A DNA stretch of 64,000 nt from Balanoglossus misakiensis (Eukaryota; Animalia; Hemichordata). The translations under genes and the position numbers were made by a program. Location of the stretch: NCBI GenBank assembly GCA_040954595.2, contig CM082584.2, positions 3,786,110-3,850,109 on the forward strand. Reading direction: 5' to 3'. Shown one piece after another: positions 13,755-27,900 of the stretch (positions are counted from its first letter, which is position 1; the number at the start of each line of letters is the position of its first letter). The notes beneath the pieces are model-generated. The model made no database searches. It was not told where the DNA came from and was given only the letters and a program-made list of their open reading frames with translations.

Positions 13755-14254
13755 CTGGAATAACAAGGCATCATGTACCACACTGAAAAACAGCTTATAT
13801 ATATACAATGCAAGTTACAGTGCTTTCCCAAGGTAGTTTTAGTGTAGCTGCCCTTCAGTGCTGCACACCATATTACACTTGGTCTAGCTGTGGTACGCAG
13901 TTGTACTGTTGGGGGGGGGGGGCAGATTACCCCCACAGACAGCTGCGGGACAACCCCCCATACTAATATCGCAGTTGCAACGACACGACTGGTGTAGGAA
14001 CATTTGAACAGCAACAGAAAAAAACAAAGTGACCGTAATTCAATAAAACGCCCTATACAAGCCTAAACTCTGATTATTTCTGGTCCCAAAACTCCTTTCG
14101 TGAAAAAAAATCACTGGTCTGTTTACGCATTTCAGCCAATTTTCCAAGGAGTACTATACTACCTCCTGGAAGTGACTGCCATTAATATGCCAATGAGACC
14201 TCGCACAACATTAGCGAGTGAGGGTCAAAGTGCGTTGCCATGGTGGAGTGTTAA

Positions 14255-14703
14255 AGGCACATAAGCTGCAACTTTTGGGATAATTATCATAATTTTTGTT
14301 TCAAACTGTACTACTATTAGTCTATGCAGATGAAGGCAGTGAAATATACACAAGCATTATAAACCCTTAATATGAGTGCATATGCAAGTTTTAACCAGAT
14401 AAATAATAAACCTTTGCCGAAAGCGAATATCGCCACCACCGTGGGAAAATGCAAGAAACAATGAAAATGTTGCATTTCTGGTTATTGAACTTCATAGACA
14501 AAACATGATCTCATCCACTTGAGCTCATGGAATTAAATGTACACTACTGGGACATTATATTTCCTTTTTCATTGCAATATTTCGTTTTTTCTTTAATTTT
14601 TGGCCATTTTGTCATAAATAAGTGTTGAGCTTAGACATAATTAAAAGCATATATGAGATTATTTAAAACTAATTTTTTTTATCCAGTTGCAGCTCATGTA
14701 CCT
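14255..14703. mobile_element. TTAA-flanked MITE with AG...CT termini (Kolobok-like)
   Basis: TTAA|AGGCACATAAGCTGCAACT ... AGTTGCAGCTCATGTACCT|TTAA. Confidence 0.75.
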
Positions 14704-14736
14704 TTAATCCATGTACTTGGGTATAGTACTACTCCA

Positions 14737-15617
14737 CAGGGTTCATACACCTAGAGCAATTCAAAATTCCAGGAGTTTCCAGGAGATTTCCAGTAATTTT
14801 CCAGGAGTTTTTGTGGTAAAAATGCCATTTTCCAGGGTGTTTTACGCAACAAAACTGTGCAACTTTATTATTACTGTTACATTCATATGCACTTGTAATT
14901 CTAGTTTAACAAATCATTTAAAGACTTTTGACTGTGATACTAGTTACAAATTTCAATGACCTCCCCATGAAGACCTAGTAAAACAATTTTCACCCGGAGA
15001 TCACCTGGGTTCCTAAATCATTTAGCATATTTGGCTAAAATTTAAGTGACCCCCCCCCCCTGGATTTTGCCGCCACCCCTCGGCCGTAAAAACTGAACAG
15101 TCCCTAAAGCAATGATTTCTGTCTTGATAAAATCGACAAATTACTGATGGAAATTACTGCTGAAAAAACCCACAAAAAACGCCTGCCTTTTTTGCTTCTT
15201 TTTGACATCACTAATTGCCCTTGAACATCGATCTTAGGGTGTCTGCCGCGGCCGTCTGTACAAGTATTCTGCAGGCGCGCGGACACATGGCATGACCTCT
15301 AACAAAAGTTGCTACATCTTTTGTCAAGTTTTAGATATTTTGTTGCGACCGGAACGCTGAGCTGCGTTAGTTGTTGCAATTTGTGCGTTACTACATCAAT
15401 AATGATACTATTTATAGAACGCCTGTCTAAATAACTGGTGCGCTGAGTGAAATGGGCAACGCGTACTGTTTCACGATCCGGTGAAATGCGATCGTGACTC
15501 GAGGTTTTCCAGGAGTTTCAAGGAGAAATTTTGAATTTCCAGGAGATTTCAGGAGTTTCCAGGAGGGGTTTCAAATTCCAGGAGATTCCAGGAGTTTCCA
15601 GGAGCGTACGAACCCTG
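14737..15617. mobile_element. non-autonomous TIR element (hAT-like CAGGG termini) with 6-bp TSD and TTCCAGGAG subterminal repeats
   Basis: ACTCCA|CAGGGTTCATAC ... GTACGAACCCTG|ACTCCA. Clusters of TTCCAGGAG occur at both ends. A fragment of another MITE end is nested at ~15040-15105. Confidence 0.8.
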
Positions 15618-15806
15618 ACTCCAGCTACTCTTCTTGCAGTTCACAGATTTTCAACATGTTTCATATGAATCATGGAGGTATTAGGTGTATGAATGGAACG
15701 CTTGTGGAAATTTGCATGTGCAGGCATATCTGTGCGGGTGGATAAATCACAGTCCCTCCACACAGGATTAATCAAAGTAAGCTGTACTGATTCACCTAAT
15801 TATACA

Positions 15807-16339
15807 CACAGGTCGCACCGTACCGCACCATTGTTGAGAATAGAACGTAATTCGCCGTGAAAAGCAACCAAACTCTTCAAAGATGACCAAATAAATGACA
15901 TTGATAGACGCCTATAGTTCTCCGACATTTAATGAGCGACTTTGGTACCTGAAAAACGGCAATTAATACTGTATCTGGGCCCCTAAATATCTTGTATCCT
16001 CCAAAAGACACTTGCTGCGAGCACGGCCATCTTGAACAGTGCAGTGCGCTCCCACATGATGACCCTTGACCTTTGCGTTTGAAAAATAGGACTTCAAGAT
16101 GGCCGCGCTCGCAGCAAGTATCTTCTGGAGGATACAAGATATTTAGGGGCCCAGATACGGTATTAATTGTCGCTTATTAAATGTACTGGGACTATAGGCG
16201 TCTATCAACGTCATTTATTTGGTCATCTTTGAAGAGTTTGATTGTTTTTATCACGGCGAATTATGTTCTCGACATGGTGATCGTGTCATACTTTCTCTCT
16301 CTATAGACTCAACTATGGTGCGGTACGGTGCGACCTGTG
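15807..16339. mobile_element. foldback MITE, an almost wholly palindromic ~530-bp element
   Basis: CACAGGTCGCACCGTACCGCACCA ... TGGTGCGGTACGGTGCGACCTGTG. The arms pair over ~230 bp (CAAACTCTTCAAAGATGACCAAATAAATGAC; ATCTGGGCCCCTAAATATCTTGTATCCTCCA). Confidence 0.85.
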
Positions 16340-18159
16340 ATTGTAAACAATGATCTTCCGAACTCAACAGTAGCAAATGCCATAATAGATACGTACCAGC
16401 ACTTGTCAATTGGCTGCAAATAAGAAATAAACTGTTTGGTGTTGGGTTCATTCTGTCAGTTCTCGACGATCTGGACCTCAGCCAGCACGCTTCATTGATT
16501 GTGTGCGGTATGGGTTAAAGGTCACTGTGTCAGTGAATATTGCGCCATCAAGCGGATGGGACGGAAAGGACAATACAAATGTACACTGTATAGTCTCGGT
16601 TTATACCCAGACCCCTCTGCTTCTTCCGTTGGGCACTCCAGAAAGAGGATTAATTGACAAAAGAAAAGGTTTATGGAACGAATCGGTGCGCCAAATTGAG
16701 CCGTCTTGTATCAACTGAGGACATTCATGTTGGGGTCTATAATATAAATGGAGTAATTAGCACGCATATACATTAGGCCTATGATGCGATGCCAAACGCC
16801 AGTCCATGGAAGTCTCAAATTGTATGTTTCTTGGCGGCGTGGCTCACTTTTCACACGTTATTCATACATGCCATTTGCGGCAGTAATCGGACAAAAAATC
16901 ATTTTGCAGTAGAATTCGTATTATCGCCGGCTGCACGGCATGATGGATCACCGAAAGGATCCCGATTCTTTGATCAGATTTTTTATTTAAAAAAAGGAAA
17001 AACTGTATGTCTGTTAGAATATGTCATTAATAGAATCTCACACTACCAAGGGCCGAGGATCATATTTCTCACACGAGTTGGGGATTTTCTGTCCAACACG
17101 AGCCGCAGTGTGAGAATATGCCTATCTCACTTTGATGTTTGGTTTGTCAGGTGCATCTGGTAAGAATATGCATAATTATAAATCAAAACTTACTTTAGAC
17201 GCTGATTTGTTACCACGTTTCTTAAAACAAAAATTCTGCGTCATAAAACAGAATGACCGCGTATTTGGCAGACTAGCGACACTTGCCGCGTATTTAAGAC
17301 ATCCTACTTTTTAAAAACAGTGATTGATTGTTTTTAATTACATCCTGAATATATTTGAGAAATGCTACTATCTTGCTTGTTTAGAAACTATCCTGTTGTG
17401 ATTTCATATTTGTACGGGCTGCGAAATATACTTTTGGTCAAGTCAGCGTTCATTTCCAAAAAATGACTTATAATTACCTTCTGACATTGTCTTACAAACA
17501 TCGATTAATCCCGCGTCTGGTTGTGTGCGTCTTTCCCACCAAATGCTCAGTGGTTTACAGGAGATATTTCAAATGCCAATTCTCTCCTCATGTGTCTATA
17601 TAATGCGCATATCACACCATGGACCACACGTATCAAGCCACGAATGAACTTGAAGCTCTCAAATAATTAAAAGTAGAATGATGCAAGCTTATTATTATAT
17701 CTGTGAACTGTTTAAAGACTGTTTGACAGGGCTACAGTTGCTTGGTTTGTGAACAAAAGATGTTTCCGACATCCACATTTCCTATAATTATAAAAAGTTA
17801 TTGTTTTTAACGATGACAGGGATATATCATTGGGTATAGCTATATAATTAGGGGAGTGGGTAGACCTGGGCGCCGAGCAGGAATATAAGTCTAGTGACGG
17901 TCTGTCTCTGACATTAGGTCACGGTTCAAAAAACCTGGTCTGTGATTGTAATGACTTCGCCTGTCTCTGACATACGGTGGTGTTTCTTCGCTCTTCTTCT
18001 ACTCTACGCGACGCAGCTCAACGTCTCCCGATCGATACCGCCTGCGGCTCCCAGAAATTGCGGTAGTCTAGATACCGCCAAAGCGGGTAAATACAAGTTG
18101 CTGTAGACAGCCAAACGGCATAACTACGAACATCTAAATGTCAGTTTAACTGCCGTTAA

Positions 18160-18553
18160 GGCCAGGAAGAAAAAATAAATTGTTCGTCGGAATCGCCGCT
18201 TCTACTTTGGCTGATTTGGAAATATTTTTTTTTGGATCTCAGCAAATTCTACTTCCACGTTACAAAATTCTTAGTACTGCCGCTGGTGGCCAGAATATGT
18301 TGTGCAAACTGTAATGTAATGGCCTATGTTATTGTTGGGAAATATAGTATTGAATTCAGTAACAAGTACATGTATCAGTGTTTTTGTATGAGATATTTCT
18401 GGTAAAAAGGGAAACATTTATTTCGCCCTGTCTGCATCTGTGCAAATATGCCAGAGAACCGCATTTATCTTCAGCCTGAAAAAAAAATATTCGCTCACCG
18501 CTCCTGGAACTTGGTCCAAAAATCTGATGAACAAAATTGTTTTCTCTCTGGCC
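18160..18553. mobile_element. PIF/Harbinger-like MITE
   Basis: TAA|GGCCAGGAAGAAAAA ... TTTTCTCTCTGGCC|TAA, giving a 3-bp TAA TSD and GG..CC termini. Confidence 0.65.
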
Positions 18554-18987
18554 TAAAGTAAACCTTTGAAATTAATGTTTTACACCAATATTCAGTAAAG
18601 GTTGGTACTGATCACATGTATGTACTTCAGGACACTGCAATCGAAAGATTTAGCGTCCATAAAACGCCCATGATTTCTGATGAATCAAGTCATGGCGAAT
18701 ATTTCATTGAACGGAGGAAATCAAGTGATGTGAACTTTAAAAAATGTTCCTCTCTAACGAAGTAACAAATGCTCATCAGATTGATTTCAAACGTAAACAT
18801 TAAACTTTCCTCCATCGAAGGTATAAGGTTAATACTATTTTATCTCTACAAAGTTGTTTCATGAGTCACTGGACTCACACGAAACCACGTGCAATCGTAT
18901 AACTATTTCCCCTAGAACTTTTATAATTTATTATACTTCAATTTGATTTGGTATCAAATCCCCTTTTTATTTACTTTTGCAGCCGCA

Positions 18988-21900
18988 ATGGAGTTAAGCA
19001 TTACAAAACAGTACACTGGGATGTTAAGATTTCTTACAATCGTAAGTTTACTGGTAACGCCAAGTTTTCAGACAGGACGTGAAGACAACAAGACAGATCT
19101 GTACCTGCTGGGCTTGTTTTCTTTCAATGGTGCCGTCTGGCGTGGCGGTGAAACCAACTTAGCAGCAGCCGAGATGGCCATTAAAGACATCAACGAACGT
19201 CCTGACCTTTTACCCGGCTATCAACTGAATGTATTATCGGGAGACAGTCAGGTAACTGTATGGGAACCTTTGTAGTGTGATTAAAGGGACAAAGACTCTC
19301 TCTCGCTGCCCTATTTCTATTAATTATGTTTAATACAAGGCACCATTTATGTTATTCTACATGTGGATATATAATGAATCAACGTTCGACCACACACAAC
19401 TTCCATTCCACTTGTAGACACGAGAGTGAAAAAACTCGCCAAAATGAATAATCGTTCTTTACCATTTATTCATTTTGGGCGAGTGTTTACTCTCATGTCA
19501 TACAAGCGGGATGGAATTTGTGTGTGGTTGAATGTTGATTCACTACATATACACATGTTCCTTAACATTAACGGTGCCTTGTATCAAATACAATTAATGG
19601 AAAAGGGAAAGCGAGAGAGAGACTGTGTCCCTTTAAGTTTCTCTCAGTTGAAGGTATGGGGCTACATAACATACGTGCTTTTGCATTCAATTCAGGTTCA
19701 CAACATTGAGTTGCTTCATAAATCAAACGATTTTAATAACGCATGTTGTGAGTTCAACTGATGATACAGTTTATCATACGTTTGCACCAAGGATTTCACA
19801 AGAAAAAAATCAAAAAGAGGGAATATTTTAATTTACCGTATCAATTTGCTGCGCCTACAGCAGTGATATTTGAATGACATTGTCAACCCGACTTCTTTCA
19901 CAGCTCAGATTGTCATGCTTCCATCGAAATTTAAATAAACAACATCGTGTGTCCGTCTAGAATCTCATATTATCACCCAGTATGGTTTAATAACTGGGGC
20001 GTGTACCCATCTACTGTCCATGATCTCACATATATTTTTCAACTAGCAACTGTTTATGATTATTCCCAGGAACACGTTAAATTCCTCCTACGACAACTAA
20101 CCCATGATGCTCTCTTTAATGAAATATGCTGAATGACGATTATATATCTTTCTAGTGTGATGCAGGATTGGCAGTCGATGCAACTTATAAAATGCTTTAT
20201 GAGGAGCCGACTAAAATAATGATTCTAGGACCCGTATGTTCAGCATCCTGCCAAGCCGTTGCCAGTGCTACACGTAATTGGCATATTGTACAGGTACGTT
20301 GATATTGCGAAAACAACACGAAGAGTCAACTATCAAAAAAAGTAAATTTCGAGTGTTTCATTTGCCGAAAGTTGAATTTTATAAGACAATGGAACGTTAT
20401 CACTGTATAAGAGTACACAGATGCTACAAATCTGGTTCACGTCTTTCCCTTGCATTCGCCAGATGGCATACGGTTGCCTAATGCCTTCCTTGTCGGATAA
20501 AACGCTGTACCCAAGGTTTTCACGACTTCTGATACCCGACACAGCTCGCAATGAGGCGCGAATTGCACTACTGCAAGAATTTGGCTGGACACAGGTGGCT
20601 ACGATACATCAAGCTGTGGACGTTTACGCCGAGGTTAGTTGGGGACAATGGGGACAATTCTCTCTACCTTAAATAGGTTTTAAGCTACCTAAGTGAGTGA
20701 TGAAAATCTCATATGGTCGACACAATTTCAAGATGGCCGATTTTTGCCATGTTTAAGAAATGGGAGTTCATATGCCAAAGTGATGATGGGTTATTCTGAA
20801 ACTTTTTAACAGAAAAAATAACAAAATGTGAAAAAAAGTTTAATGAGTTTAATATGGTAACTACAAAGACAGACATGTTTGACCAAAGGAAGTCATAAAA
20901 TACAGTAAACATATAATTTCTTCTATCTCTTACTACAGTTGGTTGTCGACTTTTCACCCAGAATGAAATGTAATTTGACCCCCTAGCGCAAATTAAAACC
21001 AATTTACGGCATCCAGAATTGACTAAGCACATCAAGGGGATTTTGCCAATGGCCTCGCGTTGAGTTAATTACATAATGGCTGCGTGAGAGCGCTAGACTT
21101 ATGAAAAGGATTATTGAAATTGTAATTTTAGACAGTTTCAACTATATATCCATTGCACATGCAAAACTATTTTCCTACGGAATAATTCAAGGAAACAGTT
21201 ATTTTTTTTAATCAAGAATACGTCTGTGGTGTTTGAGAGCAAATGTTTAGAGGAAATTAAAGTAAGAAAAATCAATCGTTAATTTCGTGTTTTATATCTT
21301 ACTGCAAGACTATGATTGATTTGATCAATTTGATGGAGGCAAATGGAATTAACGTCGTCTCATCGGATCCTATTTATGATGATCCAAAGCTGCCGTTGGA
21401 AAAAATAAAGGTAAGCATTAAAATGATGGTATACGAATGTAAACCATATTCGGCGGGGGGGGGGGGTCTCTTGGGGGGTGCCCCCATCGCAGTAGGAAGT
21501 TTCAAAAATCTTGAGATTAACCCTTTCACATTATCCACATTTCCCTGTGTAGAAATCCAACTTAACCATATAAAATGATGGTCTTGGGCCAACCATGCCT
21601 GTGAAAGGTTTCAAACAGTAAATATGAGGACTCCCGAAAGGATACCTGGGAGACTGTTGTAAAGGAAGGAAACTGATTCTTGGGTATTATGATTGTAGAA
21701 AGTTTGTAGTGTAGGGGTTTGGAAATCGTAAGAGACCCCTCCCTCCCACTATTGTGGGTTTTATTATAATAGAACGACAAAGTCACAGAATTTAGTTACG
21801 GTGCTATCTCCATAATTTGTTTTTGTCTACTTGGATGTAGCGATATAATCCGCTTTCTGTTGATAGTATCCATCAAAATATTTCAAACAATTAAAACTGA

Positions 21901-24900
21901 TGTTTCTCCAATAAATTGTTTTCATGGTACATTTGTACCAAATCAGAGAAGAACACTCCCGGGCCTGATAACTGTCGTATTAAGCAAATGTCTTTTTATG
22001 ACGTTTCCGTGCAATTTCATTGTTCGCATTGTTTATTGTTTACAGGAAATGGGAACAAGAATCATCATCGGATTTGTCAACCATGAAATGTCAATCAAAG
22101 CGTTTTGTGAGGTATTTATTTCCTTACATTCCTAGGATACAAGATGAGCATAAAAACTCCATTGCCTGGTACTTCGTTTGAAAACACAAGTTGGCAATTA
22201 ATTCGATTATCGTGCAATCTCCCCTCCATTCATGTTAAGGGTAAACTATTTGATTTTTAAGCGAAGACGGAGGCTTGTCACACTCATGGAAAGTATCTCC
22301 TTTGCAATACAACAATCTTGAAATCTACTGGGTGGCATGCATGGCCGTTAAATGCTGTAGAGTTCGCAAAAATGCAAATGGCCACTAGACTTCCCATAGG
22401 CAGACATATTTGATTTTCAACAAAATGCCAGTTTTGTTAAGAACAGTCAATGTGAAGTGATGCGATGTGGGATTGCATGCATGTGATTGGCTAACTGAGT
22501 TGACATGTACCGAGGTTGTAAATGACATTATATTCGGTCGCCCACCTGGCGACACTATTAAATTCGTGAAAAGGGACGAAAACCATTGATATTCTTGTTA
22601 CTGTAGTGGAGGGGTTTTAAAAATCGTGGGGGACCTACATGTACCCTTTTCCCTATTGTTGGTTTTATAATTCTTCGATTTCAAATGATGTCAGACGCTC
22701 TCAGGCGCAGTTCCGTTGGCATTCAAATTTCCAAATTTCCGGCAACTTCAACAACGGGGTGCAGACGATGACCGTGCAGACGAAAAGCCATGAGGCACCA
22801 TACCTGATACATGTTACGTGTCTGGCGGTTCTAAAGTATAAATATACCTGGAAAAGACTTTTACTGGATGCCGAAATATTGCTTGCCTGTCACCTGGAAA
22901 TGACAACGCCGTGGGTCACATGGCCAGATCACGTGATTGATAGTAAAGAATAGAACGACAAAGTCACGGAATTTAGTTAAAATCGAATGCCTACTCTGGC
23001 TGTGAACACCATTTGTGAATGGCATTTCTTGTCATTGACTTGTTAATAATAAACATAACCACATGTCTCATTTCAGTCCCAGTCGGGATGCTACTGGATG
23101 TCTTTAGGGTAAATCGTTATAAATGGAAGCAGATTTAATTATGGCACCGATGACTGTTGAATTATTGTAGCCCCCAACAACGCTGCTTTGGTTTGGGTTT
23201 TATTGCATGGGTATACGCTAGATATTTTATGTGTTGGTGGTACTCATTTGATTGTTAATAAAGAGATCTAAAATAATCTTATTGCAGGCCTACAAGTTAA
23301 AACTGTTTGGTCCCAAGTATGGGTGGCTTATTCAGGGTTGGTATTTAAATACATGGATCGAAGATACCTGGGTTGATGGCTTGGTCGATTGCACCCAGGA
23401 GCAAATAGCAGAATTCATAGATGTAAGTACTTTATAGAGAATAATTGAAATAAGAATACGTTTTCATTAGTTCTGCAATACCAAAAAAATGAGTTCATTG
23501 TAAAAAATTTGCTCTTAATTAGCAATGTTTGTGGATTCTCAAATAAACATAATGAACATCCATTTGCGCCACTGGCAATAAAAATAATATTTAATTGGAA
23601 CTATTTAGGGATAAATAAAATATTTAAAACGTGCACATCGTTTAAATTTGTGACAGAATAAGATGGAAAAAAGATCGAGTGTGCAGTAAGTGAGCTCTAC
23701 TAAGATATTCCCAAAATCAATCGACGTTTAAACTGATATGTTTAAATCTAATTTCGTCTGTAAATTTCATGTATGTTACTTATGAAGATGAACCTGAAAA
23801 GATGAGTGATTTTACTGACCCGTATTCGTTTATCTTTTATAGGGAGCATTTTCGGTATTCTCATATACTATGCATCCAGCCGAAGATCAGCCTGGTGTTT
23901 CTGGAATAGTAGGTGTCATGTTCTTGTTTAATTAAAGGGACAAAGTCTCTCTCTCTCGCTGCCTTTTTTCCATTAATTATGCTTGATACAAGACACCGTT
24001 TATGTCATTCTACATGTGGATATATATAGTAAATCAACATTCGACCACACACACCTCCCATCCCGCTTGTAGACCAGAGAGTGAAAAAAGTCGCCAACAT
24101 GAATAATCCGTCTCTACCATTTGTTCATTTTGGGCAAGTTTTCACTCTCATATCATACAAGCGGGATGGAAGTTGTGTGTGGTTGAATGAACGTTCATAT
24201 CACCCTGTAACCGTTGCTATTGACTATTGTCAAAAATATGGCCACATCTCTCGAATACAACGCCATATTGGTCAAACTTCGTGTGTGATAAACCTTAAAG
24301 AGTGCATGTTACAATGTATAATGTTCGTTACAATGAACATTATTGCAAACAAATTGGTTATTACTTTGCATTTCATAGTACACGTGTAATCCTTACTTTT
24401 TCTCACATTTCCAAGTTCATATCACATGTATTGGTTCACTACCCGGCTGTCGAACGATGCCGTCGGTGTGTTTATAGTACACATAGGACTACCAAAACCC
24501 TTACTATATAAAGTAAGGACAATTCTTGTGTTTTTCGTAGGTCCCTGTAGAGTTTTTCGACGTCTTTGATGAATACATGAACTACACAGCCGACGGTATG
24601 ATTGGTGTGCAGCACGCGCCGTTATCGTACGATACAGTTTGGGCTATTTCGTTGGCACTGAACGCCACGATGACTAAATTAGAAGTTGAGGGTAAGTATA
24701 AAACGACGGAGAATCAATGTGCTGTTGTGAACGTACGATATGTTCCTTATCCATACAGAAAAAAGTGAGAATGCAAGAATATGAAATGACCTCGGCAATG
24801 CAATTGCAATTCAATACACGAGAGTACTTTATAGTCAATCATTGGTAACATGTTTGTTTGTTAGTGTAGGTCCCATGACAAACTTTGCCGGCGCTTTTGG

Positions 24901-27900
24901 CAGCATCAAAACCTAAATGCAGAGGTCGGTACAGAAGCGGTTTGCATTTCAACATAACAATGTAGGTTTGCTGGAGTACAGTGCCAGTATTATTGCCGCA
25001 AAAGAAGCGTTGATGGGTTTGCTGAAAGTTCAAGTGATTACACACTCATACTAATGCAGTCGGCTATTGGCGTCATGTGGTCGGAAATTTGGGTCGGGAG
25101 CAAGTACGACATATTGTCAAGGTGGCACTTATAAGTTGCCAGTGGCTGCTAAGTCTGGCCGCCAACCCCATTTTAATTTGTTGTCAATTTTATCTCCTCT
25201 TTACTTTGAAGGAAACAAACGGCTTGAGAACTATACGTATGGTGATAAAGAATTTGCAGATATGATAATGGAAAGTATAAGCGGCGTGGCTTTTGATGGG
25301 ATCTCCGTAAGTGTGGTGAAACTGTACATGTGTTCCTTTGTTTTGAAATACCAAAATGAAGTTAATAGTTTTTTGAACGTATGTGGCGTCTGTTGCGTGT
25401 ATCTAGTGTCTGTATATTTGTGGTCAGTCGTTCTGCACATATAGTGTGATGTAGTCTTACAAAGGGTTAGTGTTTTGTTTTCAGCATTACAACAACTTAC
25501 TTTTGTTATCCCTGGGAACATGCCTACCAAATTCCTACGGAATTTGACTAGGAAACTTCTTACAAATTTTTTAAGCAATCTATCGATGACTTTCAGAAAA
25601 TAATGGCTACCTATAATATTGAAAAAGACTAAAAAATCATATGTTAACAAAAAACTTTCAGATCTGAGTGAGGTTGACATAAGGTACATGCATACCAGTT
25701 TTCAAAGTAATTTGCCCAGTAGTTGTTGAGTTTCAGAGTTTTGACACATACATACATACATACATACATACATACATACATACATACATACATACATACA
25801 TACATACATACATACAGACAGACATACAGACAGACAGACAGACAGACAGACGCATCTGATTCCGTAAGGTCCCATTATTTTGTTTAGAAAGACCAGATTT
25901 ATTGTTTTATAATAAGGCATGTCGTTTTGACATGTGTAATCCCATATAGATGTTTCATTCCTTTCTTCAGTGATTAGAGTCATAACTTTAGAAAAACTTT
26001 TTCGATAGTAGGAATCTTTGAAATATTTACTTTCTAACATCTCTTGCGCCTAGGCAAAAATCAAATTTCAAGAAAATGGAGACGTGACAACAGATTTTAA
26101 AGTTCAGCAATTTCAAGGTAATTATTTTATATACTTTCATCGTCTTTTGGCCAAAGAATCTTCGTCTCATTCTATTTCTTTCAGTCCCTGTCTCTGTCCA
26201 TCTCTTCCCCGAGAGTTTTCTGACAAAAGAAAAATATGGAAAACTCATGGGGACCGCATTTCTCATAGGTGTTGACATTTTATATCCATGCTTCATTCAT
26301 TCACAGGAGGCCAAAAAATGCACATCGGTATATACCAGTCAGAGACACAAACAATGGAATTTTTCCCAGAAGTTCCCATAATCTGGAAAGGTAAGACCTT
26401 TATAAGTTCATTCTTTGAGAAAAAGAGAATTTAAGCTAATACACCAGGTCATTTGAACTCTCTTGTCAGAGTTGGGGCTCATAAGCTAGATATCAGTCAT
26501 CATCCTCTCATCGGGCACACCTCTTCACAGAAATAAGCTATACCGATCCCTATGAACGATAAGATCTAAGTCAGATTTGATCAAAGGATGACAAGTTCTG
26601 CGGGGTAATTTTACCGTGATCCTTAAAAATCATTTCAAAAAGCACTAATACCATTCACTGCTTTGAAATTTAATAAAAGTTGAAATTTAATATAAAGTTC
26701 CCTATGCATGATCTGTGTCATTTCTTCACATATTAGTATTATTTTATGTATACTAGACGTATCATTTAACAATAAGAGCAAATCTTACTTAGTCGTTGTC
26801 TGCCGCAGCTTCTGGACTACTTTAAAATTAGACGGTAACAACATGAAAATGGTCATTTCTTTCAATTTTAGGCGATGGCCCTCCCTTGGCAGAATTGACT
26901 ACAAATTACGTCATTCCAAGAGTTCCCGTGTATCTGTATAGTATAATGTCCGCATTAGCCATTACTGGAATTATTTGCAGTGTCGTATTTCTGGTGCTTA
27001 ATATTAAGCTGCGGCACAAACGGTGAGTCAAATACTTATGGGCTGAGTTCACCGCTAAATATATAATTTTTTTAAATGTGTTATTTTACGGCTGTGATAC
27101 GGGATTTGCAAAGTGCACGGCGGAATCGTCCGACTCTTGGGAGGGCACGAGCGCCGTACGACTGAGGTCTGTAAATCCCGCATTAGGCCTATTGTCGTTT
27201 TATCACACATCTTTTGATTGTCATAATGTCCAAAAAACGATATTTGACATGTCCAACAAAATTTTAGCATGACATCATAAATCTATTCCTATCTGCATCT
27301 TCCTTGTCGGCCGAAAGCGAATACATGTGCGGACTGATACCTTTATGACGTCATTAGTTGACATCAATGCAATTTCGATTATTCTTAGTCAATTACAAGC
27401 TTCAAATGACACGGACAATTATATGGTTCAAAGTTCATTTCCTTAATATAATGATAAGGGATCGTCTGTCTTTCGCTTGTTTCGGGTCAACTTTCAACAT
27501 AAAGAAAAATATTGAACCTTTTCGAGTAGCTATGATCGAGGCGCTGGAAGGCAGGAAGATCTCGCGCTGATGTGGAATGTTTGCGGATAGCAACGCGCAT
27601 AGCAACGAGAACTGACACAGACAGAAATGCATACAAGCCCTGATGGGCCCAATGTACACAAAGTGTGCCAAAAATGTGATACGGCAATTCATTGCTCAAA
27701 TGAATATTTCCCAAAGAGTTACACGGGCAGATGAATTGAGATATTTGATGAAATGAAATCATTGAAATAATTGGTTTATTCATTTAATTGAATGAAAACT
27801 TGTGACAAAAATAGAGGATTCAGTGATGAAAAACCTATCGTTCTAAGTATCAGTTCTACGAGCTCATGGCATTTGTCTCTTCCTATACGATAACATTGAC

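Noticed and set aside
25702-26040. 112-aa ORF with CLSV/CMYV repeats
   Set aside because: It is a translation of the (CAGA)n(CATA)n microsatellite.
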